Sequence record: LC788710.1
DNA: 64,000 bases
From: Escherichia coli phage Wa28
Reading direction: 5' to 3' (one strand)
Within the stretch, counting starts at the first letter, position 1. Every line of letters starts with the position of its first letter. The notes under the pieces are model-generated. The model worked only from the letters and a program-made list of their open reading frames with translations. It was not told the origin of the DNA and did no database searches. This document shows positions 42,740 through 52,312 of this stretch, piece after piece. The translations under genes and the position numbers were made by a program.

Positions 42740-45529
42740 GTGTTCTCAATCCTACAAGGTCACGCAGGATTTTCCAGAGATAAAGCTACTGGCATCTGGA
42801 AAGAGATCAAAGTGGAAGATTACACCTTTGCAAAGCGATTCTCTAAAGAGCATCCAGAAGGTAAACCAGCTTCCATGCCCTTCAAATTTGATGTACTTGA
42901 AGAACTTGACCCGCAAAACCTTGCTGAAATGTTACCTATCATGCGTCGTCTTACCAAAGACCCGCATATTGTAGCTATTCGTGGTAAATGTTTAGCTCCA
43001 AAAGATAATGTGCGTCGTACCAGAGGAAACTTTAACGTATCCAATCCTAGTCATATTATTGCTATGGACGTGGACGGTATTGTAGATACTGGTGGCTATG
43101 ACAAGTTTAATCTTGTTGGCATGGCACGTCATATTATTAAGATGTTGAATAGTATTAGTGAGGATATGTTTCCTCTTGATGCAGGGTTTATTGCTCATGC
43201 ATCGTCTTCGGCTGGCCTAAAACCAGGTATCCGAATGCACTTAATGCTAGAATCTAATGTCAAGGTAACGCAGGGACAATTAAAATTCTTATTTACATCC
43301 ATCAATGACAGTAGTAAGCAAAAGTATGGCTTTGATATTGCTGACTTAGCTTATTATTCTTCTGTTCAGCTTCACTATTTCGCAGATCCCTTATTTGATG
43401 ATGGTATAGTCGATCCGTTTAAAGCGGAGAATAAACCACGTCTTGTGTATGTTAAGGGTTCGAAAGTGAATCTACCCAATAACCTAGTTGACTTTGAAAC
43501 AACTAGAGGTGAGTTTAAAGAAGAATTCTACTCCTTACTTGACCAAATTAAAGGCAAGAAGGCTGCATCTGATAAAGTGGAAGAAACCATCAGCGAACTA
43601 GAAGAAGCTGAGGATGGGGTGTACCTGCGTATTATTCCAAAACTTTACCACAGAGCGTTAGAAGATGGTGTTGACTTTACATGGTTAGAACGTGAGATTA
43701 AACCAGCTTTATCTGAATATATTGCAACTAAAGATAATAGTCGTAATATTCAAGATTACTTTAATAACGGTCGTAAGCAGGCTCTCAAAGCCTTTGTAAA
43801 TAACTCCAAACGTGAGATTCCACCCAACTTAAAAGGTGTACCATTAAAACGTCTGGACACAGATTCTCCACCAGAAGTTCCATACCTGAAAATTAATATT
43901 GTACCACCAAAAGGACATTTAACATTTGTTAAGGCAAGTCTTGGTACGGGTAAAACTACAGCAGTAACTAAGTGGCTAGATGCAGGTGTTCTTCCAGGAA
44001 ACTTTATTGCAATCACAAATACTAGGGCACTTGTATCTTCTAACGCGAAGAAATTCGGTGCTGGTCAGTATGATAAGTCAGTTGATATGCTGAACTTCAA
44101 ACGTGGTGCCATTGATCGTATGTCTTCAACTATTCACTCTATCCATAAGTTCAAGAGCTTTGTGGGTCAGATTGATACGATCTTTATTGATGAATGTGAC
44201 GCAGTAATGAATGATCTGTTATTCGCTCCGGTTGTTAAAAATCGTCGTGAATGTATTCAGGTTCTTCGTGATATCCTTATTACTGCTAAAACTGTTATCT
44301 TATCCGATGGTGATATTAGTGCAGAAACGATTGAAGCCTATGGTTCTTTGATTGATTTTGATAAACCAGTCGCATTTTATAATCACCACCGTAAAATGCT
44401 GGCGAAAGCTCATGCTTATGAATTCCCTGATGAATCCAGTATTTGGGTTGCACTTCAAACATCTTTAGAGATGGGGGGGAAATCAATCCTAGTATCTGAC
44501 TGTGGCCCGGATGAACTGAATGAGAAGGGAATGGCATTACGTCGTAATACTGGTGCGTTAGTTAAAGAAATTCACTCAAACTCTACGTCTGATGTAGATA
44601 TCCGACGTATTCTGGATTATACAACTAATGAGCTAATTGATCAACAGATTGATTGTTTATTATGTAGTCCATCTGTAACGAGTGGTGTTGACTTTAACTA
44701 TTTTGATAACGTATTCGTAATCACTAGAACCTCAAACCAAGCGCCAAACATGCGTTTTCAAGCAATCAGGCGCGACCGTGGTGCTCAGAACATTTATTAT
44801 TTTATTGATAAATCTACGAGTGGATTTTCTGCGGGTTCCGAGCAATATAATATTGACGAAGGTTGGATTGAGTTAGCCCAACAACTGTACGCACGTCGTC
44901 GTGAGCTGGAATCTAGAAACTATACCAGTACTTTGCGGTATTATCTTCTCGATCAAGGTGCAACTATTGATATTTTCAGTGAAAGCTGGGGAACTATCGA
45001 AGGTGCAGGCAAAGAGTATACAGAAGAGCGAATCAAAGCTATTTTGCACTCAACTCCTGAATATTGCGCACCACGTCATGCAGACGCATATGAAGCTAAA
45101 TTGCTTCTGGTTCGCTATTATCATCTGGATTCTATCAAAGATGTAACAATGGAACATGTTGAACAGTATATCAAGGATAAACCGAATGATCGAGCTGCAT
45201 TTTTCCACAAGATGCACGACATGTTCTGGGAAGATATTAAAAAGTGTTCAAACGTAACAATCAAACCGTTTATCGAAGCTCTTAAGAATAAGAAGAAGGA
45301 TTTCTTCCTTAAGACAGGTCAGAGCGCTAACCCAAAATATGCTCGTATGTATCTTGGCATGATGGGTATCGGTAAAGATCTGGATACGGAAAAGATTGTG
45401 GACTGGTACAGAACTTACTGTAAGATCGAATGTATGCCGATTCCAGTTAAGTTTATGACAGACGAAGAACGTCAGATGCACGAGGAAGCTCTTGCTGAAT
45501 TGGGAGCTAGAAATGACAGTGAAGAATAA
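42740..45529 (+). CDS. large P-loop NTPase, putative replication helicase/initiator-like protein; start moved to GTG
   Basis: Walker A SLGTGKTT and Walker B IFIDECD; GTG at 42740 with AGGAG SD 7 nt upstream. Confidence 0.6.
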   Translation: MFSILQGHAGFSRDKATGIWKEIKVEDYTFAKRFSKEHPEGKPASMPFKFDVLEELDPQNLAEMLPIMRRLTKDPHIVAIRGKCLAPKDNVRRTRGNFNVSNPSHIIAMDVDGIVDTGGYDKFNLVGMARHIIKMLNSISEDMFPLDAGFIAHASSSAGLKPGIRMHLMLESNVKVTQGQLKFLFTSINDSSKQKYGFDIADLAYYSSVQLHYFADPLFDDGIVDPFKAENKPRLVYVKGSKVNLPNNLVDFETTRGEFKEEFYSLLDQIKGKKAASDKVEETISELEEAEDGVYLRIIPKLYHRALEDGVDFTWLEREIKPALSEYIATKDNSRNIQDYFNNGRKQALKAFVNNSKREIPPNLKGVPLKRLDTDSPPEVPYLKINIVPPKGHLTFVKASLGTGKTTAVTKWLDAGVLPGNFIAITNTRALVSSNAKKFGAGQYDKSVDMLNFKRGAIDRMSSTIHSIHKFKSFVGQIDTIFIDECDAVMNDLLFAPVVKNRRECIQVLRDILITAKTVILSDGDISAETIEAYGSLIDFDKPVAFYNHHRKMLAKAHAYEFPDESSIWVALQTSLEMGGKSILVSDCGPDELNEKGMALRRNTGALVKEIHSNSTSDVDIRRILDYTTNELIDQQIDCLLCSPSVTSGVDFNYFDNVFVITRTSNQAPNMRFQAIRRDRGAQNIYYFIDKSTSGFSAGSEQYNIDEGWIELAQQLYARRRELESRNYTSTLRYYLLDQGATIDIFSESWGTIEGAGKEYTEERIKAILHSTPEYCAPRHADAYEAKLLLVRYYHLDSIKDVTMEHVEQYIKDKPNDRAAFFHKMHDMFWEDIKKCSNVTIKPFIEALKNKKKDFFLKTGQSANPKYARMYLGMMGIGKDLDTEKIVDWYRTYCKIECMPIPVKFMTDEERQMHEEALAELGARNDSEE

Positions 45530-45746
45530 AAAGTGGGAAACAAGGAAGTTTCCAGTAAAAGAACGTAAAACTTCTGTTTACGATACTGCGGAGAAACTAT
45601 GTAGGGTTGTACCACCTCGTCTCGCTGGCATCCCTAATGTCTCCATATGGTTACTTAAACAACGGAAGACTCGTGTGTCTCTTCGCATTGGCTTTGAGTT
45701 AGATAAAGTCTATGCTGAACTTGCTTCTTTGCTCAAAGAATCATAA
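45513..45746 (+). CDS. hypothetical small basic protein
   Basis: ATG at 45513 with GGGAG SD. Confidence 0.4.
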   Translation: MTVKNKKWETRKFPVKERKTSVYDTAEKLCRVVPPRLAGIPNVSIWLLKQRKTRVSLRIGFELDKVYAELASLLKES

Positions 45747-45755
45747 AAATTTTAT

Positions 45756-45784
45756 TTGCTTTCAGGAAAAATTTTCTGTATAAT
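45756..45784 (+). promoter_or_regulatory. T5 PN25-type strong early promoter
   Basis: TCATAAAAAATTTATTTGCTTTCAGGAAAATTTTTCTGTATAATAGATTCATAAATTTGAGAGAGGAG matches the PN25 sequence as I recall it. Confidence 0.85.
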
Positions 45785-45815
45785 AGATTCATAAATTTGA
45801 GAGAGGAGTTTAAAT

Positions 45816-46520
45816 ATGGCTGGTTCTCGTAGAAAGAAACTTATCCATGAAATCCCTGATGAAACCTTTAAAAAGGTTATTGAACATCTGGAGAATGGTG
45901 GTACTAAGAAAGCAGCATGTGAGATGCTCGGTGTTTCTTCTAACCCAACTATGGAACGAATGATCGAGGAATGGAGAGATCGTCAGGTTCAAGTTGCGGA
46001 AATGAAAAAGAAGAAGCGCGGAACACTAATTGAAGGTGTTGAGCTTGCAAACGTAATTGAACAGTATCTTTCTGGTGATTCTTTTGAAGAAATCGCAGAT
46101 CGTAACTATCGTTCTGTAGCGATGATTAAATCTGTTCTGGAACGTTATGGTGCTCTGCTTCGTTTAAACGATATTGTTGATCCATTGAATCCTCCATTGA
46201 TTCCTGATGATGCAATGGCAGAAGAATTTGAAGTTGGAGAACTTGTTTGGGTTCCCGGCTACCAGTGTATTGGTGAAATCAAGAAAGCAATGACTAACCC
46301 AGTTGGCTGCTACCGTGTTTGGTTGTTATCAGAAGGTAAACAACAGAACGTTCATTATATGCACTACGAATTAGCTTCTGTTAAACATCTGGAAAAGCTG
46401 GGAGTTAATGTTAAAGCTCTGGGCTTTAAATGGAGCCGTGAAGAAGTTATCACGTTGGTTAATGAAGCTGTTAAAGCCGCCCTGAAACTCGATAAAGAGA
46501 AAGGAAAACGTCGTGAGTAA
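45816..46520 (+). CDS. hypothetical protein, possible HTH DNA-binding N-terminus
   Basis: 234 aa directly downstream of PN25-type promoter. Confidence 0.55.
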   Translation: MAGSRRKKLIHEIPDETFKKVIEHLENGGTKKAACEMLGVSSNPTMERMIEEWRDRQVQVAEMKKKKRGTLIEGVELANVIEQYLSGDSFEEIADRNYRSVAMIKSVLERYGALLRLNDIVDPLNPPLIPDDAMAEEFEVGELVWVPGYQCIGEIKKAMTNPVGCYRVWLLSEGKQQNVHYMHYELASVKHLEKLGVNVKALGFKWSREEVITLVNEAVKAALKLDKEKGKRRE

Positions 46521-46746
46521 ACTAACTGATCTGTTAAAAGCTGGAGACGTGAAATATCTCCAGCGAGATAGCTGGAAGAACACCCGAGACTTTACATTCT
46601 TGTTAAAATTTGATGTAGATAGTGACACTGTTAAGCTATATGAGTGGCCTAGTATACACTGCGTACGCCCGATAGTAACAGTAGTTAATCTTAGTCTAGA
46701 AGAAGCTCTGGCCGACGATTGGGAGATCGTTGAACTAGATGTGTAG
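46513..46746 (+). CDS. hypothetical small protein
   Basis: ORF track 77 aa. Confidence 0.45.
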   Translation: MSKLTDLLKAGDVKYLQRDSWKNTRDFTFLLKFDVDSDTVKLYEWPSIHCVRPIVTVVNLSLEEALADDWEIVELDV

Positions 46747-46766
46747 CAGTTACTGAAAAATTTCAG

Positions 46767-46795
46767 TTGCTTAATCCTGTAATTCTTGATATAAT
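46767..46795 (+). promoter_or_regulatory. early promoter (TTGCTT-17bp-TATAAT)
   Basis: Sequence. Confidence 0.6.
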
Positions 46796-46853
46796 ATTCT
46801 CATAGTTTGAAAGAACTATTCTGTTTAATTCTTAATTAAGGAAATCGAAAAAT

Positions 46854-47264
46854 ATGACTACTCCAACTCAGTGGACTGATGAACTGTTCGAAAAAATGTC
46901 TTCCGACTACGTTGCTCGTATGGAGCAATTCCCAGAAGACGAGCGTCCGGGCGTTAGCATGGAAATTGTTAGCGAAATTGCTCAGGAAAATGGTGTAACT
47001 CCGAACGGTTTCCGTATGAAGCTGACCAAAGCAGGTCTGTATATCAAGAAAGCTGCTGGCTCTACTTCTAAATCAAGCGCATCTACTGGAGAAAAAGCTT
47101 CTGGTGGTTCTCGTACTTCCAAAGCTCAGGCTCACTCCGATCTTCGCTCTGCATTCTCTGATGCTGGCTTAGCACCGGACTTCCTGGACGACGCAATCAT
47201 CGACAAGCTGACCGGTAAAGCAGCTGCTCATCTGGCAGAAGCTATCCGAGCTATCACTAAGTAA
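46854..47264 (+). CDS. hypothetical protein with high-expression-like codon usage
   Basis: 136 aa; strong bias to CTG/GGT/CGT/GCT codons. Confidence 0.55.
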   Translation: MTTPTQWTDELFEKMSSDYVARMEQFPEDERPGVSMEIVSEIAQENGVTPNGFRMKLTKAGLYIKKAAGSTSKSSASTGEKASGGSRTSKAQAHSDLRSAFSDAGLAPDFLDDAIIDKLTGKAAAHLAEAIRAITK

Positions 47265-47300
47265 TTCTTAGATAAATCCACCAACACAAGGAATACAGTT

Positions 47301-47597
47301 ATGAATAAAGCTGAAATTATTGCTCAATGCGAAAAATTTGGTGAGTTTTATCTTCATTACGAAAAACTTCGTCAGAAAGGAACCACGTACCTTCAGGGTA
47401 CGATGGAGTTTGATCCAGCTCAGGATAAATACCTGGCTGAGCGTATTAAACGTGAGCGCATCCGTAAGCCGAAAGAAGATGAAATCCTCGTTTTCTCTCG
47501 TACTAACGATAGCTTCCGTTTCATTCCTGTTGCGAAAGTTCGCCGTGTGACGAGCCTCCAGTCAGAGTTAGATCGTGCTTCTCCAGTAGGCCGATAA
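47301..47597 (+). CDS. hypothetical protein
   Basis: ORF track 98 aa. Confidence 0.5.
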   Translation: MNKAEIIAQCEKFGEFYLHYEKLRQKGTTYLQGTMEFDPAQDKYLAERIKRERIRKPKEDEILVFSRTNDSFRFIPVAKVRRVTSLQSELDRASPVGR

Positions 47598-47607
47598 GAA
47601 ACCAATT

Positions 47608-47629
47608 AGCCCCTATATGGGGCTTTTTG
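47608..47629 (+). terminator. rho-independent terminator
   Basis: AGCCCC-TATAT-GGGGCT then TTTTTG. Confidence 0.6.
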
Positions 47630-47647
47630 TGTATTTGGGATATGTAA

Positions 47648-47956
47648 ATGAGCGATCAGGTAAATCAAAACTATGAAGGACACATTGACGACCAGTCCAT
47701 CATGCTTTGGGAGAAGGACGGGGAACAAGTAAGACTAACCGTATCTGAATTTCGTGGGAATCTATACATGGGAATTCGTTACTGGCTCCAAGATATTACT
47801 GGAGAGTGGTTTCCAACGAAATCCGGCTTCTCTTTTCCTTATACCCTAGAAACTACATCACAGCTATTTTACGCTTTTACGCAAATCCTCAGTGAATCCG
47901 AGGTCTTGCATGAAATACAGAAACGAGCTGAAGAACTCAAAGCCAAGAATGCCTAG
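47648..47956 (+). CDS. hypothetical protein
   Basis: ORF track 102 aa. Confidence 0.5.
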   Translation: MSDQVNQNYEGHIDDQSIMLWEKDGEQVRLTVSEFRGNLYMGIRYWLQDITGEWFPTKSGFSFPYTLETTSQLFYAFTQILSESEVLHEIQKRAEELKAKNA

Positions 47957-47970
47957 TTCTTGGCTTTTTC
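47943..47970 (+). terminator. rho-independent terminator
   Basis: CCAAGAA..TTCTTGG hairpin then CTTTTTCTTT. Confidence 0.55.
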
Positions 47971-47983
47971 TTTATAAATGTAC

Positions 47984-48012
47984 TTGCTTTCGACTCAGTT
48001 TTGTTATATAAT
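47984..48012 (+). promoter_or_regulatory. early promoter (TTGCTT-17bp-TATAAT)
   Basis: Followed by ATTTATATAAATTGATGAGAG and ATG 48044. Confidence 0.65.
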
Positions 48013-48043
48013 ATTTATATAAATTGATGAGAGATATAAATAA

Positions 48044-49015
48044 ATGACTAATGTAAAAGAATTTATTAAACGCTGTCAAGAAGCATATTATCAAGGTATG
48101 TCTTTAATCTCTGACGAAGAATATGATCGTCTGATTAAAAGATTCCCACTAGAGGAAGAAATCGGACCGAAAGGTGATATTCCTCATTTGTATCGTATGT
48201 ATTCTTTGCAGAAAGTCTATTACGGTCGCGGTGATAAAGCTCCATTCAATCCATTAGGTCAGGTTGAAACTGATAAGTTAGATGGTTGTGCGATTTCTCT
48301 ATTATATATTAATGGTGAATTTGTTCAAGCGTTAACTCGTGGTAACGGTATTCTAGGGAATGATGTAACGCATAATGTTAAAATGCTGAACATCCCCAAA
48401 ACTATTTCCCAAAAAGTACCAACTCAAATCACTGGTGAAGTTCTCATTACTAAAGAAGTAGAGAACAAACGTAACTACGCTTCGGGTGCTATTAACCTGA
48501 AAGACAGCGATGATTTCATCCAACGTATTGGTGAAGGTGGTTTAATCTTCGTTGCATACGGTATCCAGTGTTCAGCGGAAACAGTCGGTATTACAGAAGC
48601 CTATTTAAAAGATATGCTTTGGCTAGAGAATGAGAACTTCTTGACAGTTGTTAATGTTCGTTCCTTCTTTAAATGGATTCCGACAGATGGTAAAGTTGTT
48701 CGCATTAACGACAACAATAAATTCTTCCGTGAAGGTTGGACTAATAAATTTCCTCGTGGTGCATTTGCTATTAAAGAGGATGAAGAAGGCGAAATTACCA
48801 CACTTGTTAAAGTTGAATGGCAAGTAGGGGCTTCTGGTAAAGTAACTCCAGTTGGTTATTTCGAACCGGTGATTATTGATGATGCCACAATCGTTAAAGC
48901 AACTCTTAATAACGTTGATTATATTAACGCTCTCGATTTAGAGATCGGTTGCCAGATTCGAGTGATTCGTGCTGGTGGTGTAATCCCTTGTATAGTAGAG
49001 CGAGTATACGACTAA
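48044..49015 (+). CDS. ligA: NAD-dependent DNA ligase, N-terminal (adenylation/OB) part
   Basis: 323 aa; adenylation motif KLDGCAISLLY and LigA-like domain order. Confidence 0.75.
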   Translation: MTNVKEFIKRCQEAYYQGMSLISDEEYDRLIKRFPLEEEIGPKGDIPHLYRMYSLQKVYYGRGDKAPFNPLGQVETDKLDGCAISLLYINGEFVQALTRGNGILGNDVTHNVKMLNIPKTISQKVPTQITGEVLITKEVENKRNYASGAINLKDSDDFIQRIGEGGLIFVAYGIQCSAETVGITEAYLKDMLWLENENFLTVVNVRSFFKWIPTDGKVVRINDNNKFFREGWTNKFPRGAFAIKEDEEGEITTLVKVEWQVGASGKVTPVGYFEPVIIDDATIVKATLNNVDYINALDLEIGCQIRVIRAGGVIPCIVERVYD

Positions 49016-49158
49016 TTCGTAACCCTTTGCTACCCGTTTACCATGTCGGAATTATAAAGTGGTTATTGACATTTTCGCCGCTTAGGTATATACTATTATC
49101 ATTCAGTTGAGGGATAGAAAGTTATGGCGAGGGTAAGCAAAGTTAGTTAAAATTGTAG

Positions 49159-49188
49159 TTGCTAAATGCTTAAATACTTGCTATAATA
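49159..49188 (+). promoter_or_regulatory. early promoter between the two ligase ORFs
   Basis: TTGCTA ... TATAAT then ATTTATATAAATTGATAAGGAAG. Confidence 0.6.
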
Positions 49189-49214
49189 TTTATATAAATT
49201 GATAAGGAAGAAAT

Positions 49215-49997
49215 TTGATGAAAATCGAAATTCCAACACAATGTCCCTCTTGTGGTTCTAAGCTAGATCTTGTCAACGGGCAATTATTCTGTAGGAATAA
49301 GTCCAACTGTCCAGCGCAATCAAGTAAGTTAATCGAGAACTTCTGCACAAAAATGAAGTTAAAGGGCTTTGGCCCGAAAACTATTGAGAAACTGGAGCTG
49401 ACTAAGATCTCAGAACTGTTTTACCTGACCGAAGAAGATTTGGTCGGAGCTGTGGGTAGCAAGGTTGCCACTAAATTGATTAGCGAGTTAAATACTAAGG
49501 TTCGCGGAGACATTGACTTTGGTTCAGTTCTCGGTTCTTTAGGAATTCCTCTTATTGGAGAGGTTGCAGCAAAGAAACTGTCCCAAAATTGCACTAGCTT
49601 CCACGATGTGAAGGCTGACGGCAAGGCTGGAGAAAATTACAAAACCTGGCTAAATTCCCCACAAGGCAAGGATGTTATTGAATTACCGTGGAAATTCTCA
49701 ACTGGTATCCGAGGTGCTAAAGCTGACATCATCATTACAGATGATTTAGTTGCCCAGCCAAATGGAATCACGGTCTGTATTACCGGATCTTTGCAATATT
49801 TTGCAAATCGAACGGATGCAACAAACTATTTAGAAAGTCTAGGGTATACGGTTAAGAAGTCCGTTACCAAAGACGTCAAATACCTAATCTGTGAGGATGA
49901 ATCAAAACGTTCTTCCTCATCTTATAAGAAAGCCGAAACGAATGGGATAGAAATCCTGTCGATTAAAGAACTATTGGAGAAAAATAATAATGTCTAA
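49215..49997 (+). CDS. NAD-dependent DNA ligase, C-terminal (Zn-finger/HhH/BRCT) part
   Basis: 260 aa; CPSCGSKLDLVNGQLFCRNKSNCPAQ zinc finger like LigA; BRCT-like C-terminus. Confidence 0.75.
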   Translation: MMKIEIPTQCPSCGSKLDLVNGQLFCRNKSNCPAQSSKLIENFCTKMKLKGFGPKTIEKLELTKISELFYLTEEDLVGAVGSKVATKLISELNTKVRGDIDFGSVLGSLGIPLIGEVAAKKLSQNCTSFHDVKADGKAGENYKTWLNSPQGKDVIELPWKFSTGIRGAKADIIITDDLVAQPNGITVCITGSLQYFANRTDATNYLESLGYTVKKSVTKDVKYLICEDESKRSSSSYKKAETNGIEILSIKELLEKNNNV

Positions 49998-50757
49998 ACT
50001 GAACTGGAACGTAGAAGGTGTAACCGAGTCTCTGAAAGCAAAAGCCACTGCTCTGGGTGTTGCTGTAATCTCTCAAGAACAAGTAGCTGCTATCGCTGCT
50101 GAACTGGCTACCGAGACTGGTAAAGACGTTACCGCTCGCTCTGTTGGCTCTAAGCTGCGTAAAGAAGGTTTCGAAGTACAGAAAGCTAACGAAGTACAGA
50201 AATCCCCGTGGACTCCTGAGCAGGAAGCTGAACTGGTTGATTTCCTGAACGCTCATGCGGGTCAGTATACTTACGCTGAAATCGCTGCTGCTGTAGCTGG
50301 TGGTCAGTTCGGTGCTAAGCAGGTTCAGGGTAAGATCCTGAGTCTGGAAATGACTGCTTCTGTTAAGCCAACCGAAAAAGCTGCTGCTGTTCGTTCCTTC
50401 ACTCCTGACGAAGAAACTGATTTCGTTAATCAGGTTGTTGCTGGTGCTACTATTGAAGCTATCGCTGCTCACTTCGGTCGCAATATTAAGCAGATCCGTG
50501 GTAAAGCTCTGAGTCTGCTTCGTGAAGGTCGTATCGCTGCTATGCCGGTACAGGAAACTTCAAGTGCTAAAACTCGTGAAGATCTGTTAGAAGGTCTGGA
50601 TCTGGCTAACATGACTGTTGCTGAGATCGCTGAGAAAACTGGTAAGTCTGAGCGCGGTGTTAAATCTATGCTGTCTCGTCGTGGTCTGGTTGCTAAGGAC
50701 TATGATGGTGCCGCTAAGCGTGCTAAACTGGATGCAAAAGCTGCGGCTGCTGAATAA
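49990..50757 (+). CDS. hypothetical protein with four internal repeats, high-expression-like codon usage
   Basis: 255 aa; repeated ~50-aa units with AEIA...G...GK.LS.. pattern. Confidence 0.55.
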   Translation: MSKLNWNVEGVTESLKAKATALGVAVISQEQVAAIAAELATETGKDVTARSVGSKLRKEGFEVQKANEVQKSPWTPEQEAELVDFLNAHAGQYTYAEIAAAVAGGQFGAKQVQGKILSLEMTASVKPTEKAAAVRSFTPDEETDFVNQVVAGATIEAIAAHFGRNIKQIRGKALSLLREGRIAAMPVQETSSAKTREDLLEGLDLANMTVAEIAEKTGKSERGVKSMLSRRGLVAKDYDGAAKRAKLDAKAAAAE

Positions 50758-50773
50758 TCTGGTAAATTAAACC

Positions 50774-50808
50774 TAAGGGGAGGGGGCTATGCTCCTTCCC
50801 CTTTTTGC
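50774..50808 (+). terminator. rho-independent terminator
   Basis: AAGGGGAGGGGG..CTCCTTCCCCTT hairpin then TTTTTGC. Confidence 0.6.
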
Positions 50809-50839
50809 ATTTAGAAGGCACGAAAGCGTGCAAAGGAGA

Positions 50840-52312
50840 ATGACCTTGTTTAACGTGCAAGCTGTAGTGTTGAAGATGCTTCTCGCTTCTGAACAGAAGC
50901 AAATAGCATTGGAAACATTCTCAAAACTGCATAAAGATCATTTTAATGACGCTTTCTCCTCAATTTACCAAGCCGTCCAGAATTATTATAAGAAATATAA
51001 CGCAATGCCGTCCATTGACGCACTGATGCTTGAGGCCAATAGGAACGCCCGCCTTTCTCAAGCTCTTGTCGTCTTAGCTAACACTCAAATTCCAGAAGTG
51101 AGCATGGAACAGGCGCTTGAAGTCCTAGAAGCCGAATATACACAGGATCTATTCCTGAAACTTCTAGAAACAGACGTGCTTCAAGATTTAACAATGCTGG
51201 ATCAGGGAGAAATTCTCAACCGAGTTGCCTCCCTTCACTTAAAATTAGAAGAGAAAGTAACGAATACTGGAAAGGTATTCAACGCAGACACAATGCGTAT
51301 TTTCCAGAGAGAAGAAGATACCAAACTGAACTTGATCGCTCTTGGTATTTGTAATGAGTTCGACGCTCAAATTGGTTTAGCTCGCACAGAAACGTTACTG
51401 CTTGGTGGTTGGCGTGGTACTGGTAAATCCATTATCTGTTCAAACATACAGGTTCAGCAATATTTGAATGGAGACATTGCTCCATATTTCTCAATTGAGA
51501 TGAAAGAGCACGAAGTGTTTAGACGTAATCTGGCTATGTTAGCTGGAGTATCTGCATTAGCAATGCGTAACAACACTCTTGAAGGTGCTGCTCTGTTGAG
51601 ATTAGCCAGAACTAGGGCTAGGATGTTTAATGGTGGTGAAGAGCTTTTCGATAACTTCGTTAAGCAATACACTATGGCTAAAATGAGTGACTTCTATGAT
51701 ATGGAAAGTAAACTCCTTGAAGGCTATGAGCTTCACACTCCTATGATCATCGTTTACGATCCTGAACTGTCTATTACGACGGTTGACGTAGAATTAAATA
51801 AACTAGTTGCTAAGTATGGTGATAAGGTTACTGTAGCTCTTCTAGACTATATTAACCAAACAAGACTTCCAGATTCAAAGACCATTGATATGTATGACTG
51901 GAAAGAACAGATGGTTGTTAGTTCATCTTTCAAATCTATCTGCCAGAAACATAACGTGGCTGGTGTTGCCCCTTACCAGATTGACCAAGATGGTAGAACG
52001 CGTATGTCTAAAGGGATTCTTGATTCCGCAGATATGGCTGCTAATCTTAATGCTGCAAAAGCTGATAACGGTCAAGGTGCTATTATGTTTGACTTCGTTA
52101 AGACTCGTTCCTCTGATAGTGTGAAGTTTATGCCTAAGATGAACTGGGAAACTCTACGAATGGATAACACTACCAACCTAGCAATGGAAGATATTGCGCA
52201 AATGGAAGCTGAGTTCGTTATTCCAATTGAAAAGGATAAACCAACTCAACCTAAACGTGCTAAGAAAGACAAAGTTGAAAATTCAACAGGTGAACAGGCC
52301 AGCGATATATGA
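50840..52312 (+). CDS. DnaB-like replicative helicase (RecA-fold ATPase); start uncertain
   Basis: Walker A GGWRGTGKS; track start 50789 lies inside the terminator hairpin, so a later in-frame start is likelier. Confidence 0.6.
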   Translation: MTLFNVQAVVLKMLLASEQKQIALETFSKLHKDHFNDAFSSIYQAVQNYYKKYNAMPSIDALMLEANRNARLSQALVVLANTQIPEVSMEQALEVLEAEYTQDLFLKLLETDVLQDLTMLDQGEILNRVASLHLKLEEKVTNTGKVFNADTMRIFQREEDTKLNLIALGICNEFDAQIGLARTETLLLGGWRGTGKSIICSNIQVQQYLNGDIAPYFSIEMKEHEVFRRNLAMLAGVSALAMRNNTLEGAALLRLARTRARMFNGGEELFDNFVKQYTMAKMSDFYDMESKLLEGYELHTPMIIVYDPELSITTVDVELNKLVAKYGDKVTVALLDYINQTRLPDSKTIDMYDWKEQMVVSSSFKSICQKHNVAGVAPYQIDQDGRTRMSKGILDSADMAANLNAAKADNGQGAIMFDFVKTRSSDSVKFMPKMNWETLRMDNTTNLAMEDIAQMEAEFVIPIEKDKPTQPKRAKKDKVENSTGEQASDI

